Source of the DNA: the human T2T-CHM13v2.0 reference genome, Homo sapiens
DNA length: 64,000 bases
NCBI RefSeq assembly: GCF_009914755.1
Contig: NC_060925.1
Direction: 5' to 3' (one strand)
The position numbers and the translations under genes are program-made. Positions 40,499 to 53,397 of this stretch are shown piece by piece (positions within the stretch are counted from its first letter, which is position 1; every line of letters starts with the position of its first letter). The notes below the pieces were generated by a model, which saw only the letters and a program-made list of their open reading frames with translations, did no database searches and was not told the DNA's origin.

Positions 40499-42253
40499 AT
40501 GATCTTTGCTGGCAAGGCACCCTCCAATACTTCCACCCTGATGAAGTTCTATTCTTTACTTTTATACTCACTCTTATTCTCATTCCCATTCTTATGTCAC
40601 CCTCTACCTCGCCCCAGCTATCTCCACCACACTATCAACCTTACCCATTCTCTCCTAGCCGATTCTAATCCCTCCTTAGTGAACAACTGCTGGCTTTGCA
40701 TTTCCCTTTCTTCCAGTGCCTACACAGATGTCCCCGCCTTACAGACAGACTGGGCAACATCTCCCATCTCCCTACACCTCCGAACTTCCTTTAACAGCCC
40801 TCACCTTCACCCTCCTGAAGAACTCATTTACTTTCTAGACAGGTCCAGCAAGACTTCCCCAGACATTTCACATCAGCAAGCTGCTGCCCTCCTTTGCACT
40901 TATTTAAAAAACCTTTCTCCTTATATTAACTCTACTCCCCCCATATTTGGACCTCTCACAACACAAACTACTATTCCAGTGGCCGCTCCTTTATGTATCT
41001 CTCGGCAAAGACCCACTGGAATTCCCCTAGGTAATCTTTCACCTTCTCAATGTTCCTTTACTCTTCATCTCTGAAGTCCAACTACACACATCACTGAAAC
41101 AATTGGAGCCTTCCAGCTCCATATTACAGACAAGCCCTCCATCAATACTGACAAACTTAAAAACATTAGCAGTAATTATTGCTTAGGAAGACACTTGCCC
41201 TGTATTTCACTCCATCCTTGGCTACCTTCCCCTTGCTCATCAGACTTTCCTCCCAGGCCCTCTTCTTGTTTACTTATACCCATCCCCGAAAATAACAGTG
41301 AAAGGTTGCTTGTACATACTCAAGGTTTTCTCATATACCATGAAAATCGAACCTCCCCTTCTATGCAGTTACCCCATCAGTCCCCATTACAACCTCTGAC
41401 ACCTGCCGCCCTAGCTGGATCCCTAGGAGTCTGGGTACAAGACACCCCTTTCAGCACTCCTTCTCATCTTTTTACTTTACATCTCCTGTTTTGCCTCATA
41501 CCAAGGTCTCTTCTTCCTCTGTGGATCCTCTACCTACATGTGTATACCTGCTAATTGGACAGGCACATGTACACTAGTCTTCCTTACCCCCAAAATTCAA
41601 TTTGCAAATGGGACCGAAGAGCTCCCTGTTCCCCTCATGACACCGACACGACAAAAAAAAAGCTATTCCACTAATTCTCTTGCTGGTCGGTTTAGGACTT
41701 TCTGCCTCCACTATTGCTCTCGGTACTGGAATAGCAGGCATTTCAACCTCTGTCACGACCTTTCGTAGCCTGTCTAATGACTTCTCTGCTAGCATCACAG
41801 ACATATCACAAACTTTATCAGTCCTCCAGGCCCATGTTGACTCTTCAGCTGCAGTTGTCTTCCAAAACCCCCGAGGCCTTGACTTACTCACTGCTGAAAA
41901 AGGAGGACTCTGCATATTCTTAAATGAGGAGCGTTGTTTTTACCTAAATCAATCTGGCCTGGTGTATGACAACATAAAAAAACTGAAGGATAGAGCCCAA
42001 AAACTTGCCAACCAAGCAAGTAATTACGCTGAACCCCCTTGGGCACTCTGATTGGATGTCCTGGATCCTCCCAATTCTTAGTCCTTTAATACCCATTTTT
42101 CTCCTTCTTTTATTCGGACCTTGTATCTTCCGTTTAGTTTCTCAATTCATCCAAAACTGTATCCAGGTCATCACCAATCATTCTATACCACAAATGTTTC
42201 TTCTAACATCCCCACAATATCACTCCTTACCACAAGACCTCCCTTCAGCTTAA
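40499..42253 (+). pseudogene. env: HERV-H env, full-length span but disrupted
   Basis: MIFAGKAPSN...LPQDLPSA*, 1755 nt; signal peptide and CWLC present. Nonsense TGA 41072-74; frameshifts at ~41500 (+1), ~41660 (+1) and ~42048 (-2). ISD reads FQNPRGLDLL; CX6CC reads CIFLNEERC. Confidence 0.95.
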
Positions 42254-42404
42254 TCTCTCCCACTCTAGGTTCCCACGCAGCCCCTAATCCCGCTTGAAGC
42301 AGCCCTGAGAAACATCGCCCATTCTCTCTCTCCATACCACCCCCCAAAAATTTTCGCCGCCCCAACACTTCAACACTATTTTGTTTTATTTTTCTTATTA
42401 ATAT

Positions 42405-42417
42405 AAGAAGGCAGGAA
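42405..42417 (+). other. Polypurine tract
   Basis: AAGAAGGCAGGAA directly before the TG of the 3' LTR. Confidence 0.9.
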
Positions 42418-42868
42418 TGTCAGGCCTCTGAGCCCAAGCCAAGCCATCGCATCCCCTGTGACCTGCACATATACGCCCAGATGGCCTGAAGTAACTGAAG
42501 AATCACAAAAGAAGTGAATACGCCCTGCTCCACCTTAACTGATGACATTCCACCACAAAAGAAGTGTAAATGGCCGGTCCTTGCCTTAACTAATGACATT
42601 ACCTTGTGAAAGTCCTTTTCCTGGCTCATTCTGGCTCAAAAAGCACCCCCACTGAGCATCTTGCGAACCCCACTCCTGCCCACCAGACAACAAACCCCCT
42701 TTGACTGTAATTTTCCTTTACCTACCCAAATCCTATAAAATGGCCCCACCCTTATCTCCCTTCCCTGACTCTCTTTTTGGACTCAGTCCACCTGCACCCA
42801 GGTGATTAAAAGCTTTATTGCTCACACAAAGCCTGTTTGGTGGTCTCTTCACACGGACGTGCATGAAA
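42418..42868 (+). promoter_or_regulatory. LTR7: 3' LTR7 (451 bp) with polyA signal ATTAAA 42805-42810
   Basis: tgtcaggcctctgagccc...gcatgaaa; about 19 substitutions and 3 indels versus the 5' LTR (manual count). Confidence 0.96.
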
Positions 42869-44624
42869 ATAACTACATCAACTTTCCTTTGGTTACTGTT
42901 TGCAGTGTTGTAGCTCTTTCTTATAAGCATCCCATAGTTCCTTTTCCAGTCTGACTATCTTAACCTTCACATACTTGAAGAACTGAGTCCATTTACTTAT
43001 TATGTAATGACTGATAAGGCTGGTTTATGTCTGCCATTTTATCATTTACTTTGAACTTGACTCAGTTGTTTTATATTTCTTGCTTCTCCTTTCTTGTGTT
43101 ATTTAGAATTAATCTATTATTTTATTAGTTCTCCCTTTTTATCCCTAAAACTGTATTAGTTAATAGATAATGAATGATACAATAAACCAAGATTCCTGGA
43201 ATACTACTTAAAGGGGAATTTCTAATCTTAAATACATTTATTAGAAAAGAAGAAAGGTTGAAAAGTCAAAGATCTAAAATTTTATCTGAAGAATATAAAA
43301 CAAGAAAATTAAATCAAATCCAAAAAGACAGAAGAAAGAGAATAGTAAAGATAATAGCTGATATCAATAAAGTAGGGGAATATATAAAATAGAGAAATTA
43401 ATGCAATCAAAATTTGGTTATGAGATATCAGAGAAAATGGCAGAATAGGAAACTGCTCCAAAAAGGCAATAAAAAAAGCTGGTAAAAACTGTCAGAAGCA
43501 AATGTTTAGATCTCTGAAACAAACCAAGAGCCTGTAACAAGCAGGGCAAAATGTTTAATCAAGAAAAAACACCGGAATCTCAGTAAGAATAGCAACCTTT
43601 GTGGTCTTTTAATTTCCCCGGTCCTACATCCTGCTCCTCAGTTTGGCAACAACCCCGAAGAAAAAAGTTTACAGTCCCAGCACAGACACAAGTACCAGAG
43701 GAAGCAGAATAGGTCTCATTCACAAAGAACTGTGGTTGGTTACTTAACCTGTCTAGTAGCACCCTGGAGAACTGGCTCAAAGGGGTTGTCTTTATCTCAG
43801 CTTACCTGACATTCTCCCAGGTCTGAAGCAGCTAACAACAGAACCTCTGTTGAAAACAGAGGCAAATGTATTTGCTGCTGCTCCCTGGGGCAATGGATAA
43901 TCACTGGGATGAAAAACAAACTCACCAAAAGCTTGAGAGGAAAGGCTAAAGAATAGGATTCTTTGGGAAGAATAAAGACATTGAAAATCTATAACATATC
44001 CTAAAAGCCTAGGAGTCCACCCACATGCCCAGGGCTGGGTACATACTCAGAAAAGCCCTGAGAATACATTGGCTTTTCACCTATTCTATGCCTGAACTTC
44101 AGGCTCTGCAGAAGCCAGAAGTGAAAGCTAAATCAGGATTGTAAATCACCCAGACATGCCCCCAATACACAGAGTCCATTTGCAAAGACTCAGGATTTTT
44201 TTTTCTTTCAGGCATATATGATATTTCTGTTCAATGAGTAGCTGATCATTAAGCTAATGGAACATAAACTACAGTGAACACACATGACAAAAAATACAGA
44301 CTTTACACAATTGGTTCAAAAAAGTCACTAAACAAACGACTACTACACCAAGAAGCAGTATGATCCTGGGAAGAAAGAAAAACTGATTTATAGAGCTGTT
44401 ACATGATAATACTCAAAATGTCCAATCTTTAACAACAAAAAAAATCACAAGGCATAAAAAGAAATTTTTTAAAAGTACGGTCCATACATAAGGAAAAAAG
44501 CAAGTAATTAATAACAGCTGTCCCTGAGGAAGTCCAGACATAAAACTTACTAGAAAAATACTTATATCAGTTATTTAAAATATGCTAAAAAAGCTAAAGG
44601 AAAGCATATATAAGGAACTAGAGA

Positions 44625-46622
44625 GAAGTCCTAGACAGAACAATTAAGCAAGAGAAAGAAATAAAGGGCATCCAAACTGGAAAAGAGGAAGACAAACTAT
44701 CTCTGTTTGCTGATGATCTTAACCTCGAAAACTCTAGAAGACCCCTCCAAAAGACCCCTAGATCTGAAAAATGAATTCTGTAAAGTCTCAGGTTACAAAA
44801 TCAATGTAAACAAGACAGTAGCACTGCTATACACCAACAACAATCAAGCTGAGAATCAAATCAAGAACTCAATTCCTTTTACAACAGCTACAAAAAATAA
44901 AATAAAATATCCAAGGAAGTGAACGATTTCTACAAAGAGAACTACAAAGCATGGCTGAAAGCAATCAGAAGGTACAAGCTAATGGAAATACATCCCATGC
45001 TCATAGATTGGAAGAATCCATATCGCGAAACTGACTATACTGTCCAAAGCAACCTACAGATTCAATGCAATTCCTATCAAAATATCAACATCATTTTTCA
45101 CAGAAGTAGAAAAGAAATTGCAAAGTAAATATGGAACCAAAAAACAGCCTGAACAGTCAAAACAATCCTAAGCAAAAAGAGCAAATCTGGGGGCATCACA
45201 TTACCTGACTTCAAATTACAGTACAAGTTTATAGTAACCAAAACAGCATGGTAATAGTATAAAAGTAAATAGATAGACAAATGGAACAGAATAGAGAACC
45301 TAGAAATGCAGGCAAATACTAACAACCAAGTAAGTGATCCTTGACAAAGCATGCAAAAACATAAATTGGGGGAAAGGACATCTTATTTAATAAATGGTGC
45401 TGGGAGAATTGGATAACCACATGTAGAAGAGTGAAACTAGATCCTTGTCTCTCACCATATACAAAACTTAACTCAGGATGAATTAAAGACTTAAATCTAA
45501 GCCCTGAAACCATAAAAATTCTAGAAGAAAACCTAGGTAAGACTCCCCTGTACATTGACATAGACAAAAATTTTATGACTAAAACCCCAAAAGGAAATGC
45601 AACAAAAATTAATAAATAAATGAGATCTAATTAAATCTAAAAACTTCTGCACAGCAAAATAAATAATCATCAGAGTGAACAGATACTTCCTCTATGCATC
45701 TGACAAAACACTTATATCCAGAATCTATGAGAAACTCAAGCAAATAAGCAAGAAAAAAACCAAATAATCTCATTTAAAAGTGGACCAGTGACGTGAATAG
45801 ACATTTCTCAAAAGAAGATGTACAAATGGCCAATAAACATATGAAAAAGTGCTCAACATCGCTAATCATCAGGTAAATGTAAATTAAAACCACAATGAGC
45901 TATCACCTGACCGCAGCCAGAATGGCCATTACTAAGAAGTCAAAAACAATAGATGTTGGCATGGATGTGGTGAGAAGGGAATGCTTATATACTGCTGGTG
46001 GGATGGTAAATTAGTACAACGTCTATTGAAAACAGTATAGAGATTTCTCAAAGAACTATTTAGTGAAAGTAGATCTACCATTTTATCCCGCAATTCTACT
46101 ACTGGGTATCTCTCAAAGGAAAAGAAGTCATTATATCAAAAAGACACCTGCACACAAATGTTTATTGTAGCACAATTCAACATTGCAAAGATATGAAATC
46201 AACCTAAGTGCCCATTAGTCAATGAATGGATAAAGAAAATGTGGTACTTATACACCATGGAATATTACTCAGCCATGAAAAAGAATGAAATAATGTATTT
46301 TGCAGCAACTTGGATGGAACTGAAGGTCATTATGCTAAGTAAAGTAACTCTGAAATGGAAAAACAAATATAGTATGTTCTCACTTATTAGTGGGAGCAAA
46401 GCTATGAGTACCAAAAGGCACAAAGAGTGGTATAATGGACACTGGAAACTCAGAAGTGGGGGAGGGTGAAAGGAAGGTGAAGAATGAAAAACTACATATT
46501 GGGCACAATGTACACTACTCAAGTGATGGGTGCAAGAAAATCTCAGATTTTCTCACTATACAATTCATCCATGTAATCAAAACCACTGTACCCCTAATTA
46601 CAATTCAAAAAAATTTCAATAA
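44625..46622 (+). mobile_element. 5'-truncated L1PB-like element (~2 kb) inserted in the host L1 ORF1
   Basis: ORF2 C-terminal remnants (LFADD, WYLYTMEYYSAMKKNE) and 3' UTR aaaatctcagattttctcactatacaattcatccatgtaa. Confidence 0.85.
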
Positions 46623-48518
46623 AAACTAAAGGAAAATACGAGAAATATGTTTCACCAAATAAAGCACATTAAAAAGATACAAATTACAGAAAAACAGTTG
46701 AGAATTACAATAACTGAAATTTAAAAATCCATTAGAGGGTCTAAGTATCAGGTCTGAGCAAAGAGAAGAAAGAATCAGTGAACTTAAAAATGAGTCAATT
46801 GAGATTATCCAGTCTGAGGAATAGAAAGAAAAAATAAAGAAAAACAGAGCCTCAGAAAAATGGGGGACTCCATCAAGTGTACTAACTATACATAATGAGA
46901 GTTCCACAAGTAGAGAAGATAAAGATGCAGAAAGAATATTTAAATAAATCATAGAAAGAAACTTGTCAGATATGATTTTTTAAAAATTAGAATACACATT
47001 TAAGAAGCTCAACAAATTCCAAGTAAGATAAATACAAAGAGGTCTATGCTGAAACACATTGTACTTAAACTATCAAAAGGCAAAGATAAAGGGAGAATCT
47101 AGAAACTGTCAAGACAGAAACAACTCATCACACACAAGTTATTCTTAACTAGATTAACAACTCATCATTTCTCATCAGAAACCATGGAGGCCACAGGTGT
47201 TGGCATGAGATATTAAAAATATTGAAAGAAAAACAACCATTCAACCAAAAATTCTATATCCAGCAAAACTATCCTTCAAAAATGAAAGAAATTAAGACAC
47301 TCCAAGATTTTTAAACAAACAAAACAAGAATTTGTTGTTAGCAGTCCCACTATAGTGTTTCTTGTAAACATTAAGGGAAATTTTCTAGGTTGAAAGCATA
47401 TAACTGCAGACAGTAATTCAAATATACCAGAATTTAAGAAAAAAAACAATAGTCTATGTTCTTATGTAATTACAAAAAAGGTATAAATTAACATTCCATC
47501 TCTTAACTAATTTAAAAGCAATTGTATAAGACTATATGTATATAATTGTATTGTTAGACCTACAAAATATAGAAATGTAATATATTTGACAATAACTGCA
47601 CAAAGGATATAGGTGGGAAAAACTTTGTACTGGAGTAAGAAAGTAGTACCAGAGGGTAAAGTTCATCTACGGAAAGTGAAAAGAACTAGAAATAATAAAT
47701 TAGAAGGCTAATATAACAAACTCTACAAATATATGCTTGCTGTCCTTTACTCGGCTTCTGTTAGTAGGCATACAATCATATAAAGTAATAATTATAACAA
47801 TGTATTACAAGGTTTGCAACAAACGTAGAAATAATAGCACAAAAAAGGAAAGAAAGATTAGAGTTATATGAAAGTAAAAACTGTTTATCTCACTGGAATT
47901 AAGTTAGTAAAAGTTAAAATGTATATGGTAACCCACAGAGTAGCCACAAAAAACTCTCAAAAAAACACAGAGAAAACATTATTAAAGGAAGTAAAATTCT
48001 GTGCTAGAAAATAAGACTCTGTCCCTAAAATAAAAAAGAAAAATTCACTTAATGCAAAAACACACTAAATGAGGAATAGATCAACAAAAAGATATGAAGC
48101 AGAAAATAAAAGTACAATGGCAAACATACATTCAACTACACCAATAATGACGTTAAATTTAAATGAATAGAACTATGCAATCAAAATTCAGAGCTTTCAG
48201 GCTGAATTAAAATAAAGATCCAACTATATGTTGCCTAAATAAGACATGTATACATCAAAGATACAGATAGAGTAAAAGAAAAAATATGGAAAATGATATA
48301 CATATATGCATACAGCAATGATAAGAAAGCTGGAGTGGCTATACTAACATCAGAAAAATAGACATTAAAATAAGAAAACTGTTCTAGATATATAGAGGGA
48401 CATTCTACAATGTTAAAATGATAAATCCTTCAGGAAAATATAACAATTATAAACATATATTGTCCTGGCAACTGAGCCACAAAATGCATAAAGTACTGAC
48501 AGAATTTAAGAGAGAAAA

Positions 48519-48652
48519 GCCAGGCATGGTGGTTCATTCCTGTAATCTGAACACTTTGGGAGGCTCAAGCAAGAGGATCACTTGAGCCCAGGAGTCTGAG
48601 ACCAGCCTGGGCAACACAGTGAGACCTCATCTCTAAAATAAAATAAAAAAAA
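48519..48652 (+). mobile_element. FLAM/Alu left monomer
   Basis: gccaggcatggtgg...ttgagcccaggag...gagacctcatctctaaaa; TSD-like gaatttaag.g.aaa on both sides. Confidence 0.88.
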
Positions 48653-49474
48653 TTTTTGTAAATGAATTTAAGGGAAAATAAACAATTCAATGAAAACAGC
48701 TGAAGACTTCAATACTCCACTTTCAATAATGAATGGAATAACTAGAAGATCAACAAAAAAACAGAAGACTTGAACAACATGGTATACCCAGCAGACCTAA
48801 TGACATTACAAACACTCCACCCAATAACATCAAAATACACATTTTTCTGAAGAGTACATGAAAGAGTCTATGGAATAGACCATACACTTGGCCATAAAAT
48901 AAGCATCAGTATATTTAAAAGGTTGGAAACCAAACCAGGTATGTTCTCTAATCACAATAGGATATAATTAGGAATTGATAACAGCAAGAATATTGGAAAT
49001 TTACAAGTAAGTGAAAATTAACATGGTAAAGAAAGATTGGTTTAACATTTAAAAATTTATGTAATACATCATTTCAATAGACTTAAGTATGTAAACTACA
49101 TGAACTCAATAGGCACAGAAAATTATTGAACAAAATTCAACACCCCTTTATAATTAAAAAAGAAGCAAGTGAACAAAAACCCTCAATGAACTAGGAATAG
49201 AAAGGAACTTCCTAAATGTGATAAAGAGCACCTACAAAAAATATTTGCATTAGCAACATACTTAATAATGAAAGACTGAATGTTTTTCCATAAGATCAAG
49301 GACAAGGCAAGGATGTTCACTGCTGACATTTATATTCATACTGTATTGGGTATCCAGGGCAATTAGTGAAGAAAAAGCACAAAAGGCACCCAGAATGGAA
49401 AGAAAGAAAGAGAAAACATGAACTTTGTATAGAAAAACATCCTGAAATATACACTGAAAATTTATTAGAATTAA

Positions 49475-49837
49475 TTTATTAGTCTGTTCTCACACTGCTA
49501 ATAAAGATATACCTGAGACTGGGTAATTTATAAAGGAAAGAGGTTTAATTGACTCACAGGTCCACATGGCTGGGGAAGCCTCACACTCATGGGGAAGGCA
49601 AAGGAGGAGCAAAGTCACATCTTACATGGTGGCAGGCAAAGGAGCTTGTGCAGGGGAACTCCCCTTTATAAAACCATCAGATCTCCTGAGACTTATTCAC
49701 TGCCACAAAAACAGCACGGGAAAGACATGCCCTCATGATTCAATTACCTCCTAATGGGTCCCTCTCATGACATGTGGGAATTATGGGAGCTACAATTCAA
49801 GATGAGATTTGGGTGGGGACATAACCAAACTGTATCA
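49475..49837 (-). mobile_element. THE1B solo LTR
   Basis: THE1B reverse-strand sequence; perfect TSD attaa. Confidence 0.93.
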
Positions 49838-50799
49838 ATTAATAAATCAATTCAAAAAGCTACAGGGTATAAGAAAATCAATATGCAAAAATTAATTATA
49901 TGCAGTAGCAATTAATATATCAAAAAATAAATTAATGAAACAATTTCATTTGCAGTAGCATGAAAGGGGATAAAATGCTTTAGAATAGATTTATGAAATG
50001 AAATGTAAAACTTATGCTTTTAAAACTTAAAAACATTGTTGAAAGAAATTAAAGATCTAAATAAACACAAAAACATCCCTTGTTCATGTATTAAAAAGTT
50101 TAATATTGTTAAGACAATAACAGTCCCCAAATTGATTTACAGATTTAATGCAAGCCATGTCAAAATTTCAGCTGACTTTTTGTGGGAATATAAGTTAATC
50201 CTAAAATTTATATGAAAATTCAAGAGACCCAAAATAGCCAGAATATCTTGAAAAAGATAGAACAGCATTAGAGGACTCATGCTTCCAGATTCCAAAACTT
50301 ACAACAAAGGTATAGTAATCAAGACAATATGGTACTGGCATAACAATAGACATATAGATCAATGGGACCGAATGGAGAGTTCAAAAATTAAACTTCTCAT
50401 ATTCAGCCAATTGATTTTTTAAAGGATGCCAAAACAAATCAATGGAAGGTAGACTTTTCCACAAATTATGCTGGAACAACAGGATACTCACATGCAAAAG
50501 AATGCAGCTGTACCCCTACTTCACACCATATACAAAAGTTAACTCAAAATAAATCAAAGCCCTAATGTAAAGCTAAGATTATAAACTCTTAGAAGAAAAC
50601 AGATGTAAATCTTCATGACCATAGATTAGGCAATGATTTCTTACATATGTCAACAAATGCAAAAGAAACAAAAGAAAAATAGATAAAATGCACTTTGTCC
50701 AAGTTAAGAACCCTTTTAAGAACACCATCCATGAAGAGAAAATCAACCCATAGAGTGGGAAAAAAATTTAAGAATCTGATATCTGATAAGAGATGAAAA

Positions 50800-51208
50800 T
50801 GTTGAATTTGAAATGAGCCTTGTGCTCCTAACAGAGTGATTAGGAAATACCCCCACCTTTTTGTGTTCCATGAAATAGCTTATTGCAAAGAATTACCCTT
50901 TCCCATATGATTTAGATAAGACTCAAAGATAACCTCCTTCTTTACCTATAATGAAGCCAGACACAGACCTTCAAGATTCCCGTTCTTTTTCTCATAAATT
51001 ATTACTTGACTTGTTTGTCCACACTGAGCAATCTGGATATAATGCTCACTAACTTGACTGGACTAAAATTTAATTAGGCTTCTCTTCTTTCCCAAAGCCC
51101 CTGGATCTTGACTTATTCCTGAGCTAAAACAATCACTGCAACAAAGAACATCCCTTCTGAGAATTGCCTGTCTTACTAATGTCCAGACTTGCAATTTTTT
51201 CTTTGACT
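50800..51208 (+). mobile_element. ERV1 (MER4-group) LTR fragment
   Basis: Interrupts the L1 3' region: ttgcaaagaattaccctttcccatatgatttagataagactc...gacacagacc. Confidence 0.6.
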
Positions 51209-52439
51209 GATACTCATATCTAGAATATACAAAGAATTTATACAACTCAATAATTAAAAGACAAAGAGTCTAATTTTTAAAATAGAGTCTAAAAAGACAT
51301 GTCTACAAAGAAGATATATAAACAGCCAATAAGCACATGAAAAGATACTTGGCATCAATAGTTACCAGGGAAATATAATCAAAACCATGACGAGATACTT
51401 TTTCTTACCCTCTAGAATGGCTAGAATCAAGGAGTCAGTTAATATATGTTGGTGAAGACACAAAGAAATCTAAATAACCATACAATGCTAGTGGGAATGT
51501 AAAATGGTATAGCCACATTGGAAGAAGGTCTGGTTGTTCCTTAAAAACTTAAACATGTAGCTACCATATAACCCAGGAATTCCAATCCTAAATGCATACC
51601 TAATATAGATGAAAGTGTATGTCCACAGGGAAATGCAAAAGTTTATAGCAGCATTATTTATGATAGCTAAAAAGTGGAAACACCCAAATGTTCATCAACA
51701 GATTAATGAATAAATTAAATATATCCACACAATGGACTATTATTCAGAAATTAAACAAAATGAAGAACTGATACATGCAACAATACAGATCAACATTGAA
51801 AACATTACATTATGGTAAGTGGAAGAAGCCAGTCACCAAGAGTCACATACTGTATGATTTCATTTATATAAAGTGTCCAGAGAAGGCAAATCTACAGAGA
51901 CAGGAAGATGAGGGATTACCTGTGGCTGGAGGTGAAGGAAGCATGGGTGGGGAAGATGAGAGAGATAAGGATTGTCTGATGTGGGTACAGGGTTTACTTC
52001 TATGTTGATTAAAATGTTCTACATTCGAATATGGTGGTAGATGCACAACTCTGTGAATATGCGATAACCCACTGAATTGTAGACTTTAAACAGGTAAATT
52101 TTATGGTGTGAATTATATCTTTATAAAGTTTAAAATAATTTTTTTAAAAAAAGAAAAAAATAGAAAATGATGTACCATGCAGTCAATAAACAAAAGAAAG
52201 CTGGAGTGGCTTTATTAATATCAGACAAAATAGACATTAGAAGAATAAATAGTACCAGAAATAAATACAGGCATAATATAATTATAAAAAAGGGCAATTT
52301 ACTAAGAAAATATAACAATCTTGAATATGCATGTACCTAACAACAAAGCTTCAAAACACTGGAGCAAAAACTTAAATAACTGAAAGATGAATTAAATAAA
52401 TCTACAATTATATTCACAGACTTTAGCATTTTCTCCTAC

Positions 52440-53050
52440 AATGTCTAGTGAAGTGTGCCTGTTTGTTTCATTTCTTACATTAGGGGAAATCTTTCACTAT
52501 TTCACTACTAAGTTTAATGTTTGCAGGAAATAGCTTTTACCAGATAAAGAAGTTTTATTCTGTTTGTAGTCAGTTGAGAGCTTTTTTTCCCCATAAATGG
52601 GTGTTTAATTTTATTTTTCTGCATTTATTGAAATGAAGATATAAATTTTCCCATATTTCTGTACATAATATACATTTTAGTGATCAATTCTTTAAAATTT
52701 TAAATCCATGAAATAAAACCCAATGAGTGATTTTCCTTTTTTATACATTTCTAAACTCAATCTGGTCTTATTTAGAAATTTTCCATCCATGTTCATGAGG
52801 AATAAGTCTGTATTTTCCTTTCATATACTGTTCTTGCCAGATCTTCTATCAAAGTCATGCTGGCCTCATAAAAAGAATAAGAAGTATTTCCTCATTTTCT
52901 ACTGTTTGGAAGAGTTTGTATAAGAGTAGTGTTATTTTTTTTCCTTAAACATTTGGAAGCATTCACCAGTGAAGTCAATTATGACTGGAATATTCTTTGT
53001 GGAAAGAGATTTAATTCAATGTATTTAATGAACAAGGGATTGAAGTAAAG
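52440..53050 (-). mobile_element. Old L1 ORF2 fragment, antisense
   Basis: ttttctgcatttattga...atgctggcctcataaaa...cattcaccagtgaag. Confidence 0.7.
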
Positions 53051-53061
53051 AAACTGTAATC

Positions 53062-53397
53062 TTTTTTTTTTTTTTTTTTTTTTTTTTGAGACAGAGTCTC
53101 ACGCTGTCACCAGACTGGAGTGCAGTGGCATGATCTCTGCTCACTGCAACCTCCAACTCTGGTTCAAGCGATTCTCCTGCTTCAGCCTCCCAAGTAGCTG
53201 GGATTACAGGCATGAGCCACTGTGCCCAGCCAGAAACTGTAGTCTTTTTGTAGATAGCCCAGCTAATTTTTGTATTTTTAGTAGAGAAGGGGTTTCACCA
53301 TGTTGGTCAGGATGGTCTCGATCTCCTGTCCTCATGATCTGCCCGCTTTAGCCTCCCAAAGTGCTGGGATTACAGGCGTGAGCCACCATGTCTGGTC
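53062..53397 (-). mobile_element. Alu (Sc/Y-like) with an internal duplication of its own flank
   Basis: The right arm and left arm are separated by a copy of the Alu 5' end plus 25 bp of downstream flank. Confidence 0.92.

Larger units (their letters stand above)
34564..42868 (+). mobile_element. HERV-H: HERV-H provirus, 8305 bp, two LTRs, env retained
   Basis: LTR7-type LTRs, tRNA-His PBS, gag/pro/pol/env homology, PPT and TSD gtaac (34559-63) / ataac (42869-73). C-rich, G-poor plus strand. Confidence 0.98.
34020..43130 (-). mobile_element. Old antisense L1M (ORF2 endonuclease region) split by the HERV-H provirus (L1 pieces ~34020-34563 and 42869-43130)
   Basis: cacatggattatttagagg...aattccactgtggtcaga... 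The two flanks join into the L1 antisense motif ttgt..tagt(a/g)taactacatcaactttcctttggttactgtttgc. Confidence 0.75.
43430..52160 (+). mobile_element. Near full-length old L1 (L1MB7/8-like) with nested inserts
   Basis: 5' UTR (aaaatggcagaatagg), ORF1 remnants (ttctcatcagaaaccatggaggcc), ORF2 EN/RT remnants, 3' UTR gtcacatactgtatgatttcattt...gcacaactctgtgaatat...gaattatatct. Confidence 0.8.

Noticed and set aside
40499-42253. Intact fusogenic or immunosuppressive Env (envH1/p62-like)
   Set aside because: One nonsense codon, three frameshifts, and mutated furin, ISD and CX6CC motifs.
44707-46469. Active L1 ORF2
   Set aside because: 5'-truncated, fragmented and heavily diverged.
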